DNA from: Cyanidioschyzon merolae
Taxonomy: Eukaryota
Length of the DNA stretch: 64,000 nucleotides
Assembly (NCBI GenBank): GCA_000091205.1
Contig: AP006493.2
Direction: 5' to 3' (one strand)
Below, piece by piece: positions 22,691 through 32,100 of this stretch. Position numbers and translations under genes: made by a program. The notes under the pieces are model-generated. The model searched no databases, was not told the origin of the DNA, and was given only the letters and a program-made list of their open reading frames with translations. Numbering within the stretch: position 1 is the stretch's first letter; every line of letters starts with the position of its first letter.

Positions 22691-23146
22691 CCGAGCAGAT
22701 CGCAGAGTAAGTTGAATGGAAACCGCTGCCATAGGTACCGCTCCAGGCCGCACTACACTCTCGTCGCTTGGACTTGAGACTAGATTTACATCGAGGTTGT
22801 TCTTGTCTCCATGCACTTGGCTTCAGGGGCCTTTATCTTGATCGCAGCAAATGAACGACGTGTGGGCCCCAGCCCAGAAGACACCGGGGCCTGCGACTCG
22901 CGGCCGCTTTTACGAGGTAGCTTGGATTCGAGCTGCGTGCTCTCCGCTACGCTCCACTGCACAACTTGGACCCAGAACTGGGTAGAAAGCTAGCGCCCCG
23001 TTGTTGGTGTTCGCTTGGTTGCGCAGCAGGCACCTGAGGCAAGCGGCAGCAGTTCGTTCGGAGCACGACCTGTGTTTGGGATGCAAGCGCGACGGCTAGA
23101 AACAGAGCAATGACTAACCTTCCCATCGATCACGAAACGGCTGTAG

Positions 23147-23570
23147 GTTTGAGGAGGCATTCAAACTTTTTGACAAGGATGGTGACGGCAAAATCACCAC
23201 GAAGGAGTTAGGAACGATCATGCGCTCGTTAGGCCAGAACCCTACGGAAGCCCACTTACGCGAGATGATCGCCGAGGTTGATCAAGACGGATCAGGCACT
23301 ATCGATTTTGATGAATTCCTTGCGCTGATGGCAAGCAAGATGAAAGACATCGATACCGAGCAGGAAGTGCGGGAGGCATTTGCGGTTTTCGATAAGAACA
23401 ATGACGGCAAAATCAGCGCTGATGAGTTACGGGCGGTCATGCTGAAGCTGGGTGAGCGACTCACAGACGAAGAGATCGATGAAATGATTCGCGAAGCGGA
23501 TGCCGATGGAGACGGCTATATTGACTACCAGGAATTTTCGAACTTATTGCAATGGGATCAGCACACCTAA
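23147..23570 (+). CDS. Calmodulin-like EF-hand protein, 3' exon only. One or more 5' exons were not resolved.
   Basis: The ORF is open from 23118 and reads ...[35 protein letters not shown]...[13 protein letters not shown]...[14 protein letters not shown]...[14 protein letters not shown], which is about 70% identical to calmodulin. A CTGTAG acceptor lies immediately upstream at 23141-23146, there is no in-frame ATG, and an in-frame stop lies at 23115. Confidence 0.7.
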
Positions 23571-24735
23571 TCCACCGTCATTGATACAAGAGCCCTCTCG
23601 CCGGTGAAGACCATTGGTGACTGCATTGCGCAACACGCCATTCTCGCGTGACCATGGCATCTGGGCGCCAATCGGATTCCTTGTAGTGGGTGCTTATGCT
23701 TTATGTATGACTAGAATGGTGCTCGAGCGCTCCCGTGGTTACGCTGCGACACTAACCCCACCAGAGAGGGCGCCGAGCGCATACAGAGGTCACGCTGCTT
23801 ACTGTGCGCATTGGAGTCCTTGAACAAGGCCGCCTGCCACGCGATGAACACAGCGAAACGGTGTGTGAATTCTTCGTATCGTAAGACACGGTCAAACTAC
23901 CATGGTGCATCGAACATCGTGCTGAGCATGTTAAACTTCGGTAGAGACGGCGTCGAATGCATGGTTGATTCGAAAGTCGGCTGTTCCCGAATGCATCAAC
24001 GAGCAGTAGCAGCGCCTAAATGCGCCCAAAAGCGCTTGTTAGTCTACTTTGTGGTCTCAGTGTGAAGCATGGTGTCCCTAAACAATGATTGCTTTTATTG
24101 CTCTGACCTTTTTGTACGTTTCAACAACCAGGACCGTGCCCGCTTGCGGTACTGATCAGCAAAATTTCCTAATACAATGACCTGTGCCCAACGTGACAAC
24201 CTATTTGTTGTAGAGAGTCTGTAAATCGAACCCGGATGCTGTGGATGCACGAGTGCCGTCACGAAATGTGGAGGTTATAAACGTTCCCCCGTGCACTCGT
24301 TGACGTGTCTGGAGCTTCACAACGGGCGGCAACATCCCGAGTCTGTGCAGATGCCCGTCCGATTCGAAGAGCAGTTGCGACGCTGTGCGCTGCTCTTTGA
24401 ACATTCAGAATCTTAAAGACACGTAGAAGGAGTTTTTCGAGACTGCATGCCCGGAATGTGAGGAAAAACTCTTCAGCATTGAATTAGCAGGTCGACTAGA
24501 AATCAGAATAAAAGCGCTGCAAGTTCTTCCTGATGTGGAAAATCCCGAGATGCAGACAGGCAGCGACGTGGCCCATACTCCAACAACCAGCAGTGCATCT
24601 CGAAAGATTTCTGGTTTGATTCGTCCGCTCCATTTCATTGAAAGGGAAGGAGAGAGCTGAAGCATCCAAGCATGTGCGTTCTGTGACCGACTGCCGCATG
24701 GGGCCATCCTTCTGTCCTATATCCGTGATCTATTG

Positions 24736-26100
24736 GAAAGGCACATCGGACTGCACGCTTTGTTCATGCCCTGAGCGTTCTCTTCCAAAGTATCATTCGA
24801 TGTATCGTTGTGCTATTCAGAATTTGTAATGAGAGCTTACGGAATTTCGTGTGCAGTTGCAGGATTCTCGGTTGGTTTCCCGGGATGACGACTGCGATCC
24901 TCGGCAGACGGACTTTCTTATGTCGCTGGAATCCAGATGGATCGCGGCGTTTTACAACATGAGCTCCCTCCATAACCCTTATCAATAACATGTCCATACG
25001 AGAGAGTCTTCGCTCGTGTGCCTGCTCTCCGCTTTCCATGCTCAATCCACGCACTGTTCACCGTTTCGATCATGCTGTTTGACGGCAGATCGTCGGTGCT
25101 GCGCAACCGCACCGCTGCATGGTCAAGCGAGAATCCTCAAGGTCGACCTCCAACGATTCCTCCACAAGCTCATACGGGAACCGCTGTGAACTCGTCACGC
25201 CCATTGATCGATTCCGTTCCACATTCGAGTACGCTGCTCGTTGTAGCCAGACATGAGACAACGTTCGAGTGCAACATGATACCTGTCGCAGGATATGTAT
25301 CTAGAGGCTCCCTGTCGCTTCCGTCTGTACGCAGACGGATCTCGGACTCGGACGTCAAGCATCGCAGTGATCGCTTCCAGTGGAGCGTGCGTCACCGCTC
25401 AGTACGACAGGTGCAGTGACGCACCCGAGTTTCCCGGCCAGCGTACATGCCTGCTTTTTGGTTCCGCTGCTTGTCTCATCATGGACAAGAGCGCGGTCCA
25501 TAGATCCTTCACCGACGATGACGTCGAGCGGTTGTCTATGCAGCGGACATCGTCGTCGCTGCGGGAATCGCATATAGGGAGCACATGCTCGTGAGGCAAG
25601 GTACCTGGTGTGGACCCGGAGGCGTGCATTCGCGGAAGCCTTCTGTACCGGTCAACGGTACGCATCGTGCGATGAAGAAGGTGTTACCCTGCTCCAGTAC
25701 AGCGCGATGGAAGCGGAATACTGGCCAATATACTTAGAATGCGTGAATAGCCTCCAATTTCATGACGAAGAAGGTCACACACTGAGACTGTATACGAAGA
25801 AGATGCGAATGGCATGCGAAGCATAGATCGTTACGTTTTCCTGTGCGTGAAACGTTTGTACAGCAGCCAGGAGCAACGCCATGCGGCCTAGGACGCTGCC
25901 ATGAACACCCCTCGACGTCCTGAAACATATCTGGCGGGAGAAAGAAGACCGATCCATTTCAGGCTCGGAGATAAGAGGGAGCGATCGAGAGCAGTCGCAT
26001 GAAAAGCCCACAATGGTCAGTACTGATTACATCAGGAACTGTCCCAAGAATCCTTTTTTTGTTTTCGTCCTGGAGCACCCTTTGCATTTTAGTCTGACAT
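24736..26100 (+). repeat. Copy A of a 1.35 kb dispersed repeat family carrying a decayed DDE (rve-type) integrase core.
   Basis: Near-identical to 43001-44349 (direct) and 35404-36757 (inverted). On the minus strand it reads ...LRTDGSDREPLDTYPATGIMLHSNVVSCLATTSSVLECGTESINGRDEF (hSDnGsEF ... GI.H ... G.E..N with D-35-E spacing). A possible first-D motif LVHDETSSG lies about 52 aa upstream in another frame. Confidence 0.8.
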
Positions 26101-26318
26101 CGATATAGTAAACCAGAGACAGCAGGTTCACATACACAAAATGACATGACACGATACCCCTAGATGACGCATTGGGCTGCGACACTTCGCCAATGTTGCG
26201 CAGACGCTTCGCACGCTGCGCCTGTCGAAACCGACGTTTCGTCGTTGTCTGACGCAACGTCTCCCGAACCTGAGCAGCTCGCGCAGCTTATTCAAACTTG
26301 AGGGTGCGCTGACCGGCG

Positions 26319-27497
26319 ATGCGAGTTCCACGGTCTCAAGCCAGTGTTATCCGGCGCTGCTGGGTCACATTCTGGCCAGAGCGAGTTTTGCCTCACGCGC
26401 GGAGCGGCTGCGACGCGTGCGTCCAGCGCAGTGCTTTGCCCGTCTGGGGCAGACGAAGCATCTGGAACGCGCGACTCGGTCCCGCTGCTGCTTCTGCGTC
26501 TGCGTCACTATCGACGCTGGCGCGACGTCGCGTGCCTTCGCACTTTGGCTTCGTTATTGTGCCCCAGCAGTACGCTTATATTGTTCAGCGGTTCGGCCGC
26601 TTTAGTCGAGTGCTCGATCCAGGTCTACACTTTCTCATCCCGTTTGTGGACAAAATTGCTTACGTGCATTCTCTGAAAGAAGAGGCGGTATCGATCAACT
26701 CGCAGACGGCGATCACTCGAGACAACGTTACCATCGCAATCGATGGCGTCCTCTATGTTCGTGTCGTTGATCCGGCGAAAGCTTCCTACGGGGTCGAGGA
26801 TCCCTATATGGCTTTAACGCTACTAGCGCAAACAACCATGCGCTCCGAGCTCGGTAAGCTCTCCCTCGACAAGACCTTTGAGGAACGCGAAATGCTCAAT
26901 GCACGCATTGTGGACAGTATCAACGAGGCTGCTGCCGCCTGGGGTATGCAGTGTCTGCGGTACGAAATACGGGACATCAATCCGCCAGCGAACGTTCGCA
27001 AAGCTATGGAGTTGCAAGCGGAGGCAGAGCGTCGGAAGCGCGCTCAAATCTTGGACTCTGAGGGGGAAAAGGAATCCGAAATTAATGTCGCAGAGGGCCA
27101 AAAACGATCCAAAATTTTGAATTCAGAGGCGTTGCAACTGGAACAGATCAATCGCGCGCACGGTGAAGCAGAGGCAATACTCGCTAGAGCACGTGCAACC
27201 GCCCAGGCCATACGTATCGTAGCAGCCGAGATGCAACAGAAAGGTGGACGGGATGCAGTAGCACTGCGCATTGCCGAACAATACGTGCAAGCCTGGAGTA
27301 AGCTCGCCAAGGAAGGAAATACATTGATCATTCCAGCGAATATCAGCGATGTTCGTGGCATGATAGCACAAGCTTTTTCAGTCTGGGAAACCATGGGGAC
27401 GCAAACGTCGAATGCACGTGCAGCTCGTGCTGTGGTGTCCCCGGCGGCGGAGGATAAGGCCGCCCTAGTGGCCTCGTCGGAGCAGTCCGATAGCTAG
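26319..27497 (+). CDS. Stomatin-like protein 2 (SLP-2/STOML2-type SPFH/band-7 protein), probably mitochondrial.
   Basis: SPFH core VIVPQQYAYIVQRFGRF...LDPGLHFLIPFVDKIAYVHSLKE...TRDNVTIAIDGVLYVRVVDP...RSELGKLSLDKTFEERE...IRDINPP. The N-terminus is basic and S/R-rich, resembling a presequence. Confidence 0.8.
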   Translation: MRVPRSQASVIRRCWVTFWPERVLPHARSGCDACVQRSALPVWGRRSIWNARLGPAAASASASLSTLARRRVPSHFGFVIVPQQYAYIVQRFGRFSRVLDPGLHFLIPFVDKIAYVHSLKEEAVSINSQTAITRDNVTIAIDGVLYVRVVDPAKASYGVEDPYMALTLLAQTTMRSELGKLSLDKTFEEREMLNARIVDSINEAAAAWGMQCLRYEIRDINPPANVRKAMELQAEAERRKRAQILDSEGEKESEINVAEGQKRSKILNSEALQLEQINRAHGEAEAILARARATAQAIRIVAAEMQQKGGRDAVALRIAEQYVQAWSKLAKEGNTLIIPANISDVRGMIAQAFSVWETMGTQTSNARAARAVVSPAAEDKAALVASSEQSDS

Positions 27498-28908
27498 GAG
27501 GAGGATCTGTCCGAGGTGTGCTCTGCGCTGTCGCCGCGCCGTCTTGGATTCAAGCATGTGCTCGGTGCACTGGCGCCGGTCGATGGCAAATACGGGGAGA
27601 TGGCTGGCGCGAACAAGGACGCACGGACGTCTCTTACCGATTATGTCGTACCGCAGCGAGATATCTGACACGAGCGAATCTCGCTGTAAGGGTACTCCCC
27701 AGAGCGTACAGAACAATTTCTTCCAAAGTAGCTTAAAAAATTCAAAGGATAACGTACAGGACGCAAAGAAAAGGCTTTAGGCCTGTATAGATTGACAAGC
27801 TCATCGCATGGTATTGGATACGCAGGCGATGTTCGGTCTATAGAGCTAGGTCATTAGATAGATGTGTGAACGCGCCTCGAGTTCCACGCTGACGTGCGCA
27901 AGTGGATACGTGCAAGACCGCGCACATGATTCTCATGATATTGTGGGTTTTTATGCGTATTTCCGGGAGCTGGTTATGCTCAGCTCTGTACCTTGTTATA
28001 CTATGAATCACGCTCACGTAGCGCCCACTTTCGCAAAACATGTGGAGCACAGTGGCATTCTCAAGGGGCGACGCAGATCCAGCTGAATGATTTGTCTGCG
28101 AAATGGACATGGATTTCGAGAGTCACATGTCTTTATGACACGAGATTCCGGTATTGACGCTAGACCCATCGTTCTGCCAAGTTCTGAGGACTGCGCTCTA
28201 CGTGGCGTACACTTTCTCGGTGGGCGAAACGCATGTTGCATCGTCGTTGATGATGTCAGTTTCATCCGGCGAGCGATCCGCCACTTGCACAGGCCCTGGA
28301 CCGTACACAACTCACGAAAGGGATTCTCGCGCTCTACCCGTATCCGCCTGAAAACTCTGGTTCTCGACTTGGGGGCCGTTTTTGTCGTCTGCGTACGTGC
28401 GCTGCTCCACACGGGTCCAGTATCTTCGTAAAAGACGAGACCGCCAGGTCTTGTTTCACCGTCGTAGTTGAATGCATCTTGAGTTTTCGTCTAGTTCTCC
28501 TGGGGCATGAACGCTCACTTAATCATCCCGCGGGATTCCCGCCGAACCGCAACCTGTCCATGTTTCGCGGCTACTCAGATGTAATGCCTTCAAGTGCTGC
28601 AGAGAACGCAGAAGCTGGTCCCAGTTGAGCGCCACCGCACGTCATGTTACGAAATCTAATGCTTGGTATCAAAGTCTTTCGACGTCACACTATTCATCGC
28701 TTCGGAGCAGCTGGTGCTGGGGATTCTATACGACGGAGTGCGCTTCAAATGTGTCGACGCTGCTGCATGCAGTTTCCAAGTTACGTGCTGCGTTGCCTGG
28801 GCAGTATCGACCTGGTGCGCAGCGTCGGCGCATCTGGCGTACATTGCCGCGCAGGAACGCACGCACACAAACGCACGCACGCATGCACAGAAGCACGCAT
28901 CCGCCGCA

Positions 28909-28958
28909 TGCGTGCGTGCGTGCGTGCGTGCGTGCTCACACATCCACACACACACACT
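28909..28958. repeat. Compound microsatellite (GCGT)n followed by (CA)n.
   Basis: tgcgtgcgtgcgtgcgtgcgtgcgtgc followed by cacacatccacacacacacac. Confidence 0.8.
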
Positions 28959-29119
28959 CCTAAAGCATTGTTTTTTAGGGCTCTTCTCATTGTTATCCAG
29001 CTTAAACTCGTGTTTCTGCACAGCGGGCCAGGTTGTATCCGTGAACAAGTCCTCCCAGTTGTTCGTATCGTTTTGGGTGTACTAGTTCTGCTGCAAGTCC
29101 CTGGTCACGTGCTCGGACC

Positions 29120-32100
29120 GTGTTGGACGGATCGGGACGATGCGCAGTTTTTGGTATAAAGGGAGTTGCTCGCGAACCGCAGTACTTTATCTATCTCGGA
29201 AAGACTACACAGAGGGGGACTCGTTTTTGTTTCTGGGTTTATTATAGGACGATAGTGCCCCGCAAACCTCTCGTTTCACGGTGTTGCGTGTGCAGGCTGG
29301 GTTCTGCATCACCAGGGATGACTCCGGAAACCTCAACGCAACGCGCACACACAGAGGGCCGTTCCCCTGCGGAGGTCGTTAGTGGAGATGACGGAAACGG
29401 ATGCCCAGGTAATAATAGTTCGGCGTCTGTGTTTGAGGAAGCTATCCGTGTCGAGAAACCGCCTGCGCCTTTCGAAGCGCTCGAAACAGCAGCAGCCTCT
29501 CGCGGTTTAGGCGCGCTGACCACGGGGACCAGCACTGAGACTCCGTCAACGGCACCCGCGGGAGCTGGCCGTCCGGAAGAACACTCGGGCACCGCCTCTC
29601 GAGTAGGGGCGCTCGGGGAACGCCAGAGTTGGCCGGCTCGCGGTCCCGGGGTTCCCAACGCTCGTGGCGTCGTAGGCGCTGGCACGACCACGGCGGCACG
29701 AATGCACACCCTGGGACGCGGCGGTCGTGTTGTTGTCCAGCAGCCATCGTCATCCGCTGAACAGAATGCCAAACCCGATGTTCGCTCGGAGAGCGCTGAC
29801 ACCCCCAAAGCGACCACGGCTGTAGCTGCAGCCGCTATGCTCAAAGCATCTCGGAATGACACTGGTGACCGCACAGCGATCCCTTCCACGGGGCCTGTTG
29901 TTCGCAGCGCTCAACAGGCCGCATGGAGCAGACAACGCTCTGTCCCGGACCCGGCAAGAAATGCTACCGGAAGGATATTCTCGAGAGCTACGCAAGGCGC
30001 GTCGGCGCGATCTGCCACACCGACTAGTGATTTCCCTGCGCTTGTGCGGGAGAACCCTACGCAATCGAAGCCGTCTGCAATGCAACAGCGGAAACCTGAT
30101 GAGAGTGCTGCGCAGCTGCGACCTGTCGCTGCTGCACAGGATTCAGCACGGCGAGGGCAGCATCCGCTGGGTACTGTGTCACGAAATCACACCGAATCGG
30201 GGCACGTTCCAAAGGCGATTCCATCGCCCCTACAGCTCACGGACTGGAGTGAGGATCCAGATGAGGAAATGAACTTTAGTGTCCCATTGGACCAACGTCT
30301 CGCTGTACCTGGAATGAAACCGCTGACGCGTCCGGCACAGAAGGACTCTCTGAGAGAAGCGCAGTCCCCCACGACCGATAGTGCAACCATTTCAACACGT
30401 GCGATCGGTGGATTCGACTGGACTGATTCGGACAATGACGAAGGAAAGGCGGTGCCATCGGACGACAATGAGGCATCGAAAAATGACATTGCATCTGAGG
30501 TTGCGACGGGAACAGCAACAACAGCGAATGTGGAGAACGCGGACGGACGTCAGGGTGCTGCGTTCGTTGAGTCGGACGAGTACCAACAGCAGCACCAGCA
30601 GCAGCAGTCGCAACCGATCGCAGTGGGTACAAGGCGTCCAAATATTCAACCGAGTCTGTCCAAAGAAAAGATGCAAGTCGATTTGGAGGAAATCTCGAGA
30701 GAATTGCACCTCCTTGAAGAGCAGCGCGAGCTTGCGAAACAGAAAGCCGCCGAACGTGCTCGGCAACGTAGAGAAGAAGAAGAGCGTATGGAGAGGGAAC
30801 GCAAGGAAAGGGCAGCACTCAAACTTCGCCAGCTCGAGGAACGAATTGCAGCGAAGAAGGCAGAAAAGGCGACTGTGAAGGAGCGGACCACTCCAGAGCA
30901 TCAAGCTGCTAGAACAGATTCAGTCAAAGCCGCTGACCTTGGCAAAGATCGAAAGCTGCCAGCCGCTCGAATTGACCGAGCAATCGCTTCCGCCCAGAGT
31001 GGAGGGCCTGCCTCCTCCGCATCAGCGTCGGAGAAACCATATCCGCTCGAGCAGGTGCGACGAGATGATGCGTCTGCGGGTGATACGCGAATAACCCGAA
31101 CGGAGCATGCTACCGAAGCGGGATCACGCTCGGCAGCGCGCAATACACAGCAAAGAGTACGACGCGCGCCGCTCACGGAAACCTGGTCCCAAGAAGAGCA
31201 GCACACACGCGGACGTGCCACTGCCTCAGCAGGTGTGAGAGGCACCGCTTCTGCTGTCCCCGCATGTGATCGGTCCTCGCTGGATCGTAGCAGAGCCACG
31301 GCATCTGGCGCATCCAGTACGAATTTGGATCAGAGCAGACGGCAACGCCGCCAGGGCGCACCTCGCGGGCAACTCAGCAAGAGTGATGAACCAAGAGAAC
31401 GCAGTGACTCAGCTTCTGCTTCAGGGTCGACGAGCCGAGACAAGACGGCGACTGAGCCAGAGGGTCCAAAGATCGAATCATCGGTGCGCGGGAGCCGGTC
31501 TCGAACGAGCGCCCCATGGGGGCGTGCAGGCCCTGCCTCGAAGCCTGGCAAGCGGAACGATCGCGAAGGGGCTCCTTCAGAAGCAGCCCTGTCGGAGCAC
31601 GTGCAGCCTCTATCGCTGGAGGACGCTTCGCTGCCTTCGAGCCCGCCACCGACGTGGTTCACCATGCCCGATACCATGGCGGACGAGGAAGAACCGACGG
31701 TGAGATCGCCCTGGGCAGCGTCAAGTCCCGCTCTGACACCAGCGGCAAGTGCGACCGGTGTTGCACCAAAGTCCGCCGACGAACTGGACAAGTGGCAGCT
31801 GCCGAGCTACCCGAAACCGTCGTTCGAGGATATCTCGCGAGCATTTGCTGCTGCAGGGCCGGTGGTTGCAAGCCCTGCTTCGACCGCATACGGCTTGGCG
31901 GAGCTTTACGGATCGAGCGTTTCATCCCAGAGAGTCCCAGTGGAATCGAAAGCGTCGCTGGTGTCAGCACGGCGCCCCGGCGCGCTCCAAGACGAGCGAG
32001 AATTGGAGGCCCCCAAGCGGGATACGAGCCGTTCAAGTCCGGGAACGCAACGCGGAACGCTGAGTGAGCGCACGTTATCTGAACCGGACGCAACCGCGGC

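Noticed and set aside
25018-25419. A 133-aa plus-strand ORF inside the 1.35 kb repeat (MPALRFPCSIHALF...), present in all three copies.
   Set aside because: Its presence in every copy only reflects repeat identity. It has no recognisable domain and lies antisense to the integrase-core remnant.
24751-26100. The 1.35 kb repeat as a solo LTR (copy A starts TG and ends CA).
   Set aside because: The terminal dinucleotides are not conserved among the three copies (TG, TA and TT at the left end). The interior encodes an integrase-core remnant instead of LTR-type U3-R-U5 sequence. It is treated as a truncated internal transposon fragment.
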